The notes under the pieces: generated by a model
The model's input: only the letters and a program-made list of their open reading frames with translations
Databases searched by the model: none
What the model was told of the DNA's origin: nothing
Translations under genes and position numbers: made by a program
DNA from: Gemmatimonadota bacterium
Lineage (GTDB): Bacteria; Gemmatimonadota; Gemmatimonadetes; Gemmatimonadales; Gemmatimonadaceae
NCBI GenBank assembly: GCA_040389905.1
Contig: JAZJZK010000034.1
Span: forward strand, 1 to 64,000
Length of the DNA: 64,000 bases
Direction: 5' to 3'
Part shown: positions 10,153 through 20,189 of the stretch, piece after piece
How the letters are laid out: each line of letters begins with the position of its first letter
How positions within the stretch are numbered: position 1 is the stretch's first letter

Positions 10153-11439
10153 TCAGGAACGAAAAGTTACTGCTAAGTCATGGACGTGACAAGGTTTGCC
10201 GCGCGTCCACGACGCGTGGCAGCGGGCCGCACCGTACCAGTACGGAATCTCCCGCGCATCGCCAACGTCCCACAGCGCGATGTCAGCGGAACAGCCCGGT
10301 GCGATCTGGCCGACGCTGCTGGCGAGTCCAAGCGCTGCGGCTGCGTTCACCGTCCCGGCGACCATTACTTCCGCGACCGACAACCGGAGTTGGCTCACTC
10401 CGAGTGTGAGGACGAGCGGAAAATTCGTCGTCGGGGACGTTCCAGGATTGAAATCGGTGGCGAGCGCTACGGCGACGCCGGCGTCGATGAGACGTCGCGC
10501 GGGCGCATGCGAAGTCTTGCCGAGAAAGAGCATCGTGCCCGGAAGCAGTGTGGCGACGGTACCGGCACTCGCCAACGCCCGGATGCCTTCGTCGCTCACG
10601 GCAGCGAGGTGGTCCGCAGAGGTGGCGCGCAACTCACCGGCCAGTTCCGCAGCGCCGCCGGCGGAGAGCTCGTCCGCGTGCATCTTGATGCCGAGTCCGG
10701 CTGCGCGCGCCGCGAGGAGAATCTCGCGGGATTCATCCACGGTGTAGACGCCGGGTTCGCAGAAAATATCCGCAAAGGATGCGAGCCGCTCCCTGGCGAC
10801 GACCGGCAGCATCTCGTGGATCAGCAGGTCGATGTATTCGCGGCGACCCGCCGTGCGATCGCGATACTCGACTGGGATTTCATGGGCACCCAACCACGTT
10901 GGGACGATACGCATGGGCAGCGACTCGGCAAGGCGGCGCACAACGCGCAACGTCTTGATCTCGTCGTCGAGTGAGAGGCCGTAGCCGGACTTCACTTCGA
11001 CCGTGGTGACACCGGACGCAGCGAGCGCCCGCAAGCGCGGCACGGCGAGGTCGAAGAGCTCGTCCTCCGATCGACTGCGGAGATCGCGTACCGATGAGTG
11101 GATGCCGCCGCCCCGTTTCGCGATTTCCATGTAGGGTACTCCCGCCGCGCGCATCTCCTGCTCCTCGTACCGCGCTCGTCCGAAGATCGCGTGCGTATGC
11201 GAATCGACGAAACCCGGTGTGAGGACACGGCCGGCACAGTCGACAATCGTGGCGTCGCCGCTCCTGGCGCGGAGATCACGTTCGGTACCGACATCGACGA
11301 TTGTCTCGCCGCGCGAAAGCACCGCCACGTTCGTCCGAATGCCCGCATCGCTCATCGCGACGCCGCGGCGCGCATAGCGCGAACCTGCGCAGGTGACGAC
11401 CTGCGATGCATTGACGAAGAGGAGCGATGCGTCTGTCAT
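10153..11439 (-). CDS. hutI: Imidazolonepropionase
   Basis: PGFVDSHTH, GVTTVEVKSGYGL, KMHADEL, ALATDFNPG; ATG at 11439 overlaps the radical SAM stop (ATGA). Confidence 0.96.
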   Translation of the reverse strand: MTDASLLFVNASQVVTCAGSRYARRGVAMSDAGIRTNVAVLSRGETIVDVGTERDLRARSGDATIVDCAGRVLTPGFVDSHTHAIFGRARYEEQEMRAAGVPYMEIAKRGGGIHSSVRDLRSRSEDELFDLAVPRLRALAASGVTTVEVKSGYGLSLDDEIKTLRVVRRLAESLPMRIVPTWLGAHEIPVEYRDRTAGRREYIDLLIHEMLPVVARERLASFADIFCEPGVYTVDESREILLAARAAGLGIKMHADELSAGGAAELAGELRATSADHLAAVSDEGIRALASAGTVATLLPGTMLFLGKTSHAPARRLIDAGVAVALATDFNPGTSPTTNFPLVLTLGVSQLRLSVAEVMVAGTVNAAAALGLASSVGQIAPGCSADIALWDVGDAREIPYWYGAARCHASWTRGKPCHVHDLAVTFRS

Positions 11440-12428
11440 GCGACCGCGTGCGGACGTGCGCCCATGACGTCCTTCACGCGCGACAGGCGCAGTGGGGCCT
11501 GCGCCTCGCCTCGGCACGCATAGAAGCAGGCGTTGCAGTTGATCGGCTCATAGGCGCGGAAATCACGCCAGTGGAAGTCCGTGGGAAAATCCGGGCAGCG
11601 CTTCACATGCCCCAATGGATCGATGTGAATCGTGCGCTGCCCCGATTTACATGGCTCCATTGCGTCACCGCGCGTCCACTTCGGAATCTGCTCGAGATAC
11701 GCGTCGGAGTTGGTGATGACGCCGCGGCGGCGCTGTTTGAGGGCGAGCAGTGAGTCGATCGCGTCTTCGAGCGCCGCCTGGCGGTCGGCGCCGAGCATGT
11801 GGTCGCGGTTGCCATTCTTGGAGTCGGTATAGACACTGAAGTTCACGCCGCATCCGAGCGCGGCGGCACGCTCGACGATCGGAAGCAGTTGGTCGAGATT
11901 GTCGTCCTTGATCACCGTATTGAAGCGGATGTTGTCGATGCCTCGCGCGCGCATGCCGTCGACCGCGCTGAAAATCTTTTCCGTGAGGCCGGGAATGCCG
12001 CGAGCCACGTCGTGCCTGCCGTCGAGATAGTCGAGCGAGATATTGAATTGGTGAATGCCGGCATCCCAGAGCGACGCCGCACGATCGGCAGTGAGCATGC
12101 CACCGTGTGTAATCAGCGTGACGTACTTCAACCGCACCGCCCCGTCGACCGCCGCGACGATCGCTTCGAGGTCCTTTCGCAGCAACGGCTCGCCACCGGT
12201 GAATGTGACAAGCATGGGATTGAAGTGGCGCGCGGCGTCCGCGAAGGACTTGAGTTCATGCGCGCGGGCGTCGGCAGGCGTCTTCCAGTAATCACAAAAT
12301 CCACAGCGTGCGTTGCAGCGGAGCGTGACCTCGAAGTGCACAAGCACGGGGCGCTTCCGATAGACGAGCCAGCCGTACTTCCCGAGGAAGAGCGGGACGT
12401 GCCAGGGTTTGAACTTCGCGGAGAGCAC
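11436..12428 (-). CDS. Radical SAM protein with C-terminal SPASM/twitch-like Cys cluster
   Basis: CNARCGFC (CxxxCxxC), FTGGEPLLR, C-terminal CKSG...GHVKRCP...CNACFYAC. Confidence 0.9.
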   Translation of the reverse strand: MLSAKFKPWHVPLFLGKYGWLVYRKRPVLVHFEVTLRCNARCGFCDYWKTPADARAHELKSFADAARHFNPMLVTFTGGEPLLRKDLEAIVAAVDGAVRLKYVTLITHGGMLTADRAASLWDAGIHQFNISLDYLDGRHDVARGIPGLTEKIFSAVDGMRARGIDNIRFNTVIKDDNLDQLLPIVERAAALGCGVNFSVYTDSKNGNRDHMLGADRQAALEDAIDSLLALKQRRRGVITNSDAYLEQIPKWTRGDAMEPCKSGQRTIHIDPLGHVKRCPDFPTDFHWRDFRAYEPINCNACFYACRGEAQAPLRLSRVKDVMGARPHAVA

Positions 12429-12474
12429 TACGCGCCTTGTCTACTGTTTGCGAAAACTGCGTGAACTGCATTTT

Positions 12475-12560
12475 ACCACAGAGGACACAGAGGACACAGA
12501 GGACTGCGTGTGACAACGTTCGGCCCGGCTGTCCTCTGTGCCCTCTGTGTCCTCTGTGGT
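12475..12560. repeat. REP-like palindrome of 9-bp CACAGAGGA units
   Basis: 30-bp arms 12475-12504 and 12531-12560 with one mismatch, 26-bp spacer; abuts hutU stop. Confidence 0.92.
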
Positions 12561-14255
12561 TCATTTGTTGTTTGAACTGGACCCCATGGGGATCTGTATT
12601 CCTGTTCGCGCTGCAGTTTGTTGCGCCAACTCATAGCCGGCATCAGCATGCCGCGCCACGCCAATGCCCGGATCATTCGTCAACACACGCTCGAGACGCA
12701 CGCGCATCTCCGGTGTTCCGTCGGCCACGATGACCTGCCCCGCGTGCAGCGAATTGCCGATGCCAACGCCGCCGCCGTGATGAAACGAAACCCACGAGGC
12801 GCCGCTCGCAACGTTCAACAGCGCGTTGAGGATTGGCCAATCACTGACGGCGTCCGTCCCGTCTTTCATCGCTTCGGTTTCGCGGAATGGTGACGCCACG
12901 CTGCCCGTGTCGAGGTGGTCTCGTCCAATCGCGATCGGCGCGGAGAGTTCGCCACTGGCGACGAGGTCGTTCAGGGCGATGCCGAACTTCGCGCGGTCGC
13001 CTTGGCCCAACCAGCAGATGCGAGCGGGAAGGCCCTGGAAATGGATGCGCTCCTTCGCGAGCGTGATCCAGCGTCGCAGATGCTCGTCGTGCGGAAAGAG
13101 CTCGAGCACCAGGTCGTCGGTGCGGGCGATGTCCTTTGGGTCTCCGGAGAGTGCCACCCAGCGGAATGGCCCCTTCCCTTCGCAAAAGAGCGGGCGGATG
13201 TACTCGGGGATGAATCCCGGAATCTCGAACGCGTCGGCGACACCGGCGTCGAAGGCGACGGTGCGCACGTTGTTACCGTAGTCAAAGGTGACCGCGCCGC
13301 TTCGTTGAATCGCCAGCATCGCGCGAACGTGACGCACCGCGGTCGCCGTGCTACGCTGCACATATACGTCGGGTTGCTCGTCGCGCAGCGACGCGGCCTC
13401 CTCGAGTGACACGCCGTCCGGGATATAGCCGCGCAGCATGTCGTGCGCACTCGTTTGATCGGTGAGCACGTCAACATGCACCTTGCGCTCGACCAGCGCT
13501 TCCAACGCGGGAGCGGCGTTCATCACGACGCCGATCGACAGCGCACGGCCGTCGCGACGCGCCGCGCCGGCAAGTGCAAGCCCTTCGTCGAGTGACTCGG
13601 CTTTCACATCGCAGTACCCCGTTGCCAACCGCTTGTCGATGCGCGTTTCGTCGACATCGAAGGCCAGTACCACGGCGCCCTGCATCGTGGCGGCGAGGGG
13701 CTGGGCGCCGCCCATACCTCCCATCCCCGCTGTAACAACGAGCCGGCCGGCGAGACTTCCGCCGAAGTGGCGCCGAGCAACAGCGCCGAACGTCTCGTAC
13801 GTGCCCTGGACGATGCCTTGCGACCCGATGTAGATCCATGATCCGGCGGTCATCTGGCCGTACATCATCAGCCCCTGCCGCTCGAGCTCGCGGAAGTGAT
13901 CCCACGTCGCCCACCGCCCGACGAGATTGGAATTCGCGATCAACACACGCGGTGCGCCAGCGTGCGTCCGAAACACGGCTACCGGCTTTCCACTCTGCAC
14001 GAGGAGCGTCTCGTCGTTTTCGAGGCCGCGGAGCGATGCAACGATCGCGTCGAACGCGTCCCAACTCCGCGCGGCGCGGCCGGTGCCGCCATACACCACG
14101 AGCTCGTCCGGGCGCTCTGCAACGTCCGGATCGAGATTGTTCATCAGCATTCGGAGCGCCGCCTCCTGCTGCCAGCCCTTGCAGGAGATCTCCGATCCAC
14201 GCGGTGCCCGTACCGGTCGCGCCCCGGCGAGCGCTGGGGGTGCCACAGCCGTCAT
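12561..14255 (-). CDS. hutU: Urocanate hydratase
   Basis: [68 protein letters not shown] at 14255 overlaps hutH stop. Confidence 0.97.
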   Translation of the reverse strand: MTAVAPPALAGARPVRAPRGSEISCKGWQQEAALRMLMNNLDPDVAERPDELVVYGGTGRAARSWDAFDAIVASLRGLENDETLLVQSGKPVAVFRTHAGAPRVLIANSNLVGRWATWDHFRELERQGLMMYGQMTAGSWIYIGSQGIVQGTYETFGAVARRHFGGSLAGRLVVTAGMGGMGGAQPLAATMQGAVVLAFDVDETRIDKRLATGYCDVKAESLDEGLALAGAARRDGRALSIGVVMNAAPALEALVERKVHVDVLTDQTSAHDMLRGYIPDGVSLEEAASLRDEQPDVYVQRSTATAVRHVRAMLAIQRSGAVTFDYGNNVRTVAFDAGVADAFEIPGFIPEYIRPLFCEGKGPFRWVALSGDPKDIARTDDLVLELFPHDEHLRRWITLAKERIHFQGLPARICWLGQGDRAKFGIALNDLVASGELSAPIAIGRDHLDTGSVASPFRETEAMKDGTDAVSDWPILNALLNVASGASWVSFHHGGGVGIGNSLHAGQVIVADGTPEMRVRLERVLTNDPGIGVARHADAGYELAQQTAARTGIQIPMGSSSNNK

Positions 14256-15772
14256 GATACGCCGCTCGTGGTAAAGTGTCCTCGGTCGATCGCGTCGGCG
14301 ATCGCGATGATGTCGTGGGAGAGCACGCGGTCCTGTTCGAGTGGCGCAACGAGTGCGCGCACCAGACGCTGGCCGTTCGCTGCGCCGCGACTCGCGCGGA
14401 GCGGTAAGCGATAGTCGAGCCCCTGCGCCGCGCACATCAACTCGATCGCCAACACGTTCCGAACATTCCCGACAATGCGACGCAGCTTCCACGCGGCACC
14501 CATCGCCATCGGCACCTGGTCCTCCTTGTTCCCGTCGGTCGGAATCGTATCGACGCTCGCGGGATGCGAGAGCACCTTGCATTCGCTCGCGAGCGAGGCC
14601 GCCGTCACCTGCGCCATCATGAAACCGGAATTGACGCCGGCGTCGCGTGAGAGGAACGGTGGGAGGCCGTGATTCAGGTCGGGGTGCACCAGACGGTCGG
14701 TGCGCCGCTCGGAGATCGTCGCGAGGTTGGTGAGCGCAATGGCGAGGAAATCGAGCGCCATGGCCACCGCCTGGCCGTGGAAATTGCCGCCACTCAACAG
14801 CTCGGCGCTCTCGGAGAAGACGAGCGGATTGTCCGTTGCCGCATTGAGTTCGCGGCCAATGACGCCGGCGCAGAAGTCGATGGCGTCGAGCACCGGACCG
14901 TGCACTTGCGGCATGCAGCGGAGGGCATACGGGTCCTGGACGCGCGGATCACCCTCGCGGTGCGACTCGCGGATCTCGCTGTCCTGAAGCAGTTCACGCA
15001 ACAACGCCGCGCTCGCCGCCTGCCCGAGTTGGCCCCGCGCGTCCTGAATGCGCGCATCGAACGCGACTGGTGTGCCCATGAGTGCTTCGAGGGACATCGC
15101 ACCGGCGAGATGCGCGACGCGCCACAAGCGGTGCGCGTCGACCACGGCGAGCGCCGCCACAGCGGTATGCGCCTGCGTGCCATTGATAAGGGTGATGCCC
15201 TCCTTCGGGCCGAGATGCACAGGCGCGATACCGGCGCGCGCCATGACTTCGGCGGCAGGACCCGCGACCGACCCCTCGTACAACTCCCCTTCGCCGATGA
15301 GCGACAGCGCGAGATGTGCAAGCGGCGCAAGATCTCCGCTTGCGCCGACGCTTCCCTGCTCCGGAATCGGCGGATACAGACCCGCGTTGAGCATCGCGGC
15401 CAGCGTATCGACGAGAACAGGCCGAGCACCTGAAAACCCTTTCGCGATGCAATTCGCGCGAAGCAGCATCATCGCGCGAGCTTCCCGCTCGCTGAGCAGC
15501 GGACCGACGCCGGCGGCATGGCTTCGCACGAGATTGACCTGCAACTCATCGAGGCGATCGCGCGGGATGGCAACGTCGGACAGCTTGCCGAAGCCCGTCG
15601 TCACCCCGTAGGCAACGGCGTTCCCCCGCACCAGCGCAGAGACTACGTCGTTCGCCCGAGACATCTTCACCCGCGCGGAGTCCGCTAGCGCGACTGGCGC
15701 GCGGTGAACGGCAACAGAGACGACGTCGTCGAGCGTGAGCGAATTTCCGTCGATGCGGACTTCAGTAGGCAT
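14252..15772 (-). CDS. hutH: Histidine ammonia-lyase
   Basis: [11 protein letters not shown]-forming [37 protein letters not shown]. Confidence 0.97.
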   Translation of the reverse strand: MPTEVRIDGNSLTLDDVVSVAVHRAPVALADSARVKMSRANDVVSALVRGNAVAYGVTTGFGKLSDVAIPRDRLDELQVNLVRSHAAGVGPLLSEREARAMMLLRANCIAKGFSGARPVLVDTLAAMLNAGLYPPIPEQGSVGASGDLAPLAHLALSLIGEGELYEGSVAGPAAEVMARAGIAPVHLGPKEGITLINGTQAHTAVAALAVVDAHRLWRVAHLAGAMSLEALMGTPVAFDARIQDARGQLGQAASAALLRELLQDSEIRESHREGDPRVQDPYALRCMPQVHGPVLDAIDFCAGVIGRELNAATDNPLVFSESAELLSGGNFHGQAVAMALDFLAIALTNLATISERRTDRLVHPDLNHGLPPFLSRDAGVNSGFMMAQVTAASLASECKVLSHPASVDTIPTDGNKEDQVPMAMGAAWKLRRIVGNVRNVLAIELMCAAQGLDYRLPLRASRGAANGQRLVRALVAPLEQDRVLSHDIIAIADAIDRGHFTTSGVS

Positions 15773-15847
15773 CGGGCAATGTCCTCACCTCCACCGAAGT
15801 ATTCAAGTGGCGCGGTCTGGCGGTGTACCGTGTGAAAATACAGACGA

Positions 15848-16044
15848 GACGTACGAGGTATCCGGAACTTTGTACCCGGACCGGCATACGCGCCAAGAGG
15901 AGCCTTCGAGATTGCCGTCGCGAAAAACGCCGTTCGCAACTTCGTAACGGCGTTTGGCGTCAGGTCGCTGCCAACGAATGTGTCGATGGCTCTCCGTTGG
16001 TTGGATGCCACTCCGGGTACCCAGTTCCGGGTACCTCGTACGTC
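15848..16044. repeat. 40-bp inverted repeats (7-bp periodic) flanking a 117-bp spacer; REPIN/MITE-like
   Basis: 15848-15887 vs reverse complement of 16005-16044: 35/40 identical; inner hairpin AAACGCCGTT...AACGGCGTTT. Confidence 0.8.
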
Positions 16045-16927
16045 AGGGGTTGTACGCGAGTACCCGACGTACGTCTGTCCCGCCCATGCCCTTGAACAGC
16101 TCGACGTTGTTCGGATCGATTTGGTACGACCAGTCCAGCACCACGTAGGCCGGCGACAAGAACGCCACGCGTACCGCGCCGTAGTGCGTGCCATCGAATT
16201 GTGGAACGGCAAAGAGGTAGGCGAAGCCTGGCAGCGCTTCCACCTGCACCGACGCATAGCCCGAGACCGGCGCACGATCGACCGACGTAAGGTCGGCAAT
16301 CGGAACAGTGCCGTAGACCTGTACACGTCCCCCCGCTCGCACCGGCCGAAACCATAGCGATCCGTCGACATGGCGCTCGACACGAAAATCGAGATCGCTG
16401 CGACTGCCGTTGCCCACGACACCGATCCGCCCGGACGTTCCGTCCTCGAAGAGCCAACCCGAGGTCGCCGGCCGCGACTCGAAGACATCCACGATCACGA
16501 AGCGCCCGCCATGACGAGGCGTGTCCATCCGCGCTGCGGTTCTGCTCCCCTCTCCACCGTCTTGCGCGACGGTGGTGACGGCGAAGCAGCGAGTCACGCC
16601 ATTGCGGAGACTACCCACGAGGAAGCCGTCCGAGACCGTTGTGCCCTCAGTCACCCAGTCGCTCTCGTCGCACCTCGTACCGCTAACGTCGAGCTGCGTC
16701 GAATACACGCGAAAGTACCGGAACTGCTCGGGATAGCTCGCCACGATCGACCCGCTCCAACTCAGTTGGACCGAGCCGTCGAGCGAGATCGTCACGAGAT
16801 TCGACGGCGGAGGGAGCCGCGTCGACCCATGGCCGTCGAGATCGATGTTGTTCGGCGAACTCACCTCGATGTTGCAGGCTGCGAGCAAGACCGCGACTGC
16901 CGGAATCCAACGCGATGGGTGTGTCAT
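16043..16927 (-). CDS. Putative lipoprotein with fibronectin-III-like domain
   Basis: ATG at 16927 gives signal peptide with lipobox LLAAC; PPSNLVTISLDGSVQLSW...FRVY...LRNGVTRCFAVTTV is FN3-like. Confidence 0.7.
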   Translation of the reverse strand: MTHPSRWIPAVAVLLAACNIEVSSPNNIDLDGHGSTRLPPPSNLVTISLDGSVQLSWSGSIVASYPEQFRYFRVYSTQLDVSGTRCDESDWVTEGTTVSDGFLVGSLRNGVTRCFAVTTVAQDGGEGSRTAARMDTPRHGGRFVIVDVFESRPATSGWLFEDGTSGRIGVVGNGSRSDLDFRVERHVDGSLWFRPVRAGGRVQVYGTVPIADLTSVDRAPVSGYASVQVEALPGFAYLFAVPQFDGTHYGAVRVAFLSPAYVVLDWSYQIDPNNVELFKGMGGTDVRRVLAYNP

Positions 16928-17108
16928 GGCCGGTGGGGTGGAGGATACACACGCCATTGGCATCTTGTGATCCGCCGCACATGGTGCAACTAACCCGTTG
17001 TGCTGGTACGACTTGCAAGATCACCACCCAGCCGGACTGTCCAGAATTGTGGACGCGCGAGTGGCCTCTCGGTGGCACGAGGCGCGTAGCGCCGAAGCGG
17101 GCCAAAAC

Positions 17109-20100
17109 CTAAGGCGTCAGCCCCGTCAGCCCCTCGTTCCGGAACGTCGACTTGTGGTAGTCGAACTTGAGATCCGGCTCGGCCTTGAGCGAGATGAGGA
17201 AGTTGAACGCGAAGCTTCCATTCGGCGACTTGGTAAACGCGAAGATGGCACGCCAGTCGTGCAGGTCACGCTGGAGTGACACAACCTGACTCGCGAAATC
17301 CTTGGCAACGAAGTCGTACTGCGTCTGCCACGTGCCCGCCCAATGCTCGGTGAGATTGAAGCTGATGTTGCTGCCGAGCGACGTGGTGGGCTGCGTCAGG
17401 TAGATCGGCGAACCGACGAGCCCCGAAGTGATTGGCGTGGGCGGTGACGGGTTCGCGGCCGCGTTGGCCACACACGCCTCGTACGGAATACGCAGTTGCG
17501 GCGTATTGAGCGCCTGACACTGGAGCGTCGGATCGAACGCCACGACGTTGCGCGCGTTCACCGGCGGACGCTGGCGCGCTGCGGCAAAGGTGAACGACGC
17601 CTTCCACCCTTGCGACGCGGACGGAATGTACGCTGCCGTGCGGGCCGCACGTCCGGCGACGGGCTGCGATGCGACTTGCCGCGCGTACCGATCGTCGCCA
17701 GGTGCATCGAGGCGATCGGTGCTCGGCGCACTCGGTGGTACCGCCTTGCCGAACATGCGCGCAAAGACTGCAAAAGGATTGGCCGTGTTGCTGAAGCTGA
17801 ATCCCGCAGAAATGCGCTCGCGGTACGGGCTGAACTTCGCAGAGTCGCTGACCGCTGACCCCTCGAATAGCGAATAGTCCACGCCGATGTCGAGTCCGGG
17901 AAGCAGGTCCGAGCGAACCGTGTAGTTGAAGTTCTCCGTCGTGAGTCCGCGAATACGCGAGCCTGTGTACGCGGCGCGTTCGAAATCGTATGCGAGCGGT
18001 GAGAAGTTCACCGTGATCAACTTGATCTTGTCGCCTTCCTCGGGGTTGGAGTCGTTCTTGGAACGAAGCTTCGCCTCGATGTTGGTCGAGAGGCCGAACG
18101 ACAGCGCATTCTGGCGGAGCGCGCCGAGGTAGCCCGTCGTATCACCGGTCGTGCGGTTGTACTTCGTGCGTCCGATGGCGGCCAGGAACTCGTTGCTCAC
18201 CTCGGCTTGCGGCGCAAAGGTGTAACCGAGCGTCGGTGTAACGGAATGGCGAAGCCGCTGGAATGGCCCGAAGCCGTTGAACAGCCCGAACAGCGTCGGT
18301 GCGGCTGACAGTCCGAAGGTGGGCCGCTTCGCCTGGTGCACGAATACACCATTTGTGCGCTCGTTCCGGATGGCGAATGCGGCACCATCGACATTCGAGA
18401 GTGAAAACGAGGTAGTCAGGTTGAAGTTGTTTCGCGCCAACGGCGGCAACGTGAAGACCGGAGTCCAGTTGATCTCCGTGTTGTAGGTCTCCGCGTAAAT
18501 CCGCTCCGTCTCCACACCCGTCACGACATCGGTGACGATGGCCAGTTCGGGGAAGGCGTTGTGCTTCGACGAAATGCTGATCTGATTGCCGAAGTCCTTC
18601 CCGAAAATCTGGATCGGCATGTCCAGTCGCAGCGATTTCGTGCTCGCGGATCTGTGGGCCGTGTCCCCAAAGATCGTGTCGATTCCCGCCGCGGTTTTTC
18701 CGGGCCGCAGCAGCAGGCCAAGCTGCGTCGGCTGGTCGATTCCGCTCTGCTGTGAACCGTCATAGCTGATACTTGGCGTCCACGAGAGCCAACTTGCGAT
18801 GGTCAGGGGGCTCGTGGTGATGCTGAGTGTCGGGAACTGCCGGTCGAGCTGCGTGCGCCCCGGGTACTGTTTCTGCGATCCACCTAGGCTGATCTGGGCG
18901 GGACCGAGCTTTTGCTGGTAGTTCGCCGAGGAGGAAATCGTCGCCTGCACCGCGTACGGATTGATCGTCGTCTGGCGCTGAAGCTGCGTATTCTCGACGA
19001 GATTCAGGTTCATGGTGAACGACGAGTTCCGCGAAAAGCTTTGCTGATGCCCCCACGTCACGGCTTTGTTGATCGCTCCGCCCTGCTGCGTGCGGCTCAA
19101 TGCCACATTCCCCGTGACGAATCGGTCAAGCCAGCGATAACGGAACTCACCGTTCGCGCGCACGTAGCCCTGATCACCGAGCTGGCTTTCGCCCGCCGAG
19201 CTACGCCAGTCGACGGACGCCTGCGCATCGATGAAATCCGAGATCGCGAAATAGTAGCCGAGCCCTTCGATGCTCCGGCGATACGACTTGCTGTTGCGAA
19301 TGAAATCGCTGACGCCGAGGTTCGGCGCGATCAAGCCGCTGTGTCGTCCGTTCCGGATATCCTGAAAGAGGAAGGGCAACCACATGACGGGCACGTCACC
19401 GATGTAAAGCACGGCAGGCCGCGCGACGACGAAGGTGCCCGTTCGCTTGATTTCCCCGACCTTGAAGTAGTAATCGGGAATCGAGTCGGGACACGCGCTG
19501 ATCGTTCCGCCCTTACCGAAGTAGCTACCCGCGTTCTTGCCTTCCGTCGTATCCTTGCTCGCGACGAACACCATCTTCTCGGCGGTGATCGTCAGCTCTT
19601 CGCCGCTCTGGGGAATCTTCGTCTTCACGCCGCTGACCTTCGCGCGGCGGCTGGCGATGTCGTACTTGCCGGCTCCGCTCGAGAAGACGGGCGCCTGCCC
19701 CGGTGTGACGAACGTGTTGCCTCGCGATCGCGGATCACTGCCGACTTCGATCGTGCTCCCGGACCCGCTGTACTTGATGGTGTCCGATTTCACGAGCTGC
19801 GAATCCTTCTCGACGATCGCCTTCTTGGTGAGCTGAAAGCCCTTCGTCTTGGCGTCGAAGGTGATCGTTTCGCTCTGGTAGCGCGTCTGGTCATAGCCGG
19901 GCTGACTCATGAGACGCTGCATCACGGAATCGGGCGGCGCGAAGTTCGCCTTGGTCGCACTGTCGGCGCGCGTGCTGTCCGCTTTCGCACTGTCGGCCTT
20001 GAACTTCAGCGTATCCGCGCGCGTGCGAAGCACCCGCGGGACCGTGTCAGGGCGCGCTGGCGTCGCAGCCGGCCTCACCGGATTCGGTGTGGTGGGCGGA

Positions 20101-20189
20101 GTGGTTGGTGGCCGAGTCGGTACCTGCGCGACCGCGACGAGCGGCAGCGCGAACACCATTCCCAACACGAACCGGACGACACGCACCAT
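17109..20189 (-). CDS. lptD: Putative LPS-assembly outer-membrane protein, LptD-like
   Basis: Signal peptide; GTISACP...YYFKV...VVARPAVLYIGDVPVMWLPF; C-terminal beta-barrel ending LQRDLHDW...FNFLISLK. Confidence 0.75.
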   Translation of the reverse strand: MVRVVRFVLGMVFALPLVAVAQVPTRPPTTPPTTPNPVRPAATPARPDTVPRVLRTRADTLKFKADSAKADSTRADSATKANFAPPDSVMQRLMSQPGYDQTRYQSETITFDAKTKGFQLTKKAIVEKDSQLVKSDTIKYSGSGSTIEVGSDPRSRGNTFVTPGQAPVFSSGAGKYDIASRRAKVSGVKTKIPQSGEELTITAEKMVFVASKDTTEGKNAGSYFGKGGTISACPDSIPDYYFKVGEIKRTGTFVVARPAVLYIGDVPVMWLPFLFQDIRNGRHSGLIAPNLGVSDFIRNSKSYRRSIEGLGYYFAISDFIDAQASVDWRSSAGESQLGDQGYVRANGEFRYRWLDRFVTGNVALSRTQQGGAINKAVTWGHQQSFSRNSSFTMNLNLVENTQLQRQTTINPYAVQATISSSANYQQKLGPAQISLGGSQKQYPGRTQLDRQFPTLSITTSPLTIASWLSWTPSISYDGSQQSGIDQPTQLGLLLRPGKTAAGIDTIFGDTAHRSASTKSLRLDMPIQIFGKDFGNQISISSKHNAFPELAIVTDVVTGVETERIYAETYNTEINWTPVFTLPPLARNNFNLTTSFSLSNVDGAAFAIRNERTNGVFVHQAKRPTFGLSAAPTLFGLFNGFGPFQRLRHSVTPTLGYTFAPQAEVSNEFLAAIGRTKYNRTTGDTTGYLGALRQNALSFGLSTNIEAKLRSKNDSNPEEGDKIKLITVNFSPLAYDFERAAYTGSRIRGLTTENFNYTVRSDLLPGLDIGVDYSLFEGSAVSDSAKFSPYRERISAGFSFSNTANPFAVFARMFGKAVPPSAPSTDRLDAPGDDRYARQVASQPVAGRAARTAAYIPSASQGWKASFTFAAARQRPPVNARNVVAFDPTLQCQALNTPQLRIPYEACVANAAANPSPPTPITSGLVGSPIYLTQPTTSLGSNISFNLTEHWAGTWQTQYDFVAKDFASQVVSLQRDLHDWRAIFAFTKSPNGSFAFNFLISLKAEPDLKFDYHKSTFRNEGLTGLTP

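Noticed and set aside
12473..12564. Possible CRISPR array or small repeat peptides (HRGHRGHRG, TQRTQRT, LCVLCVLC ORFs)
   Set aside because: Units are 9 bp with no spacers and no cas genes are present; the peptides are just translations of the palindrome.
16983..17020. Imperfect palindrome upstream of the FN3 lipoprotein (GCAACTAACCCGTTGTGCTGGTACGACTTGC)
   Set aside because: Symmetry is weak and I found no second convincing copy; it could be a protein-binding site but is not supportable.
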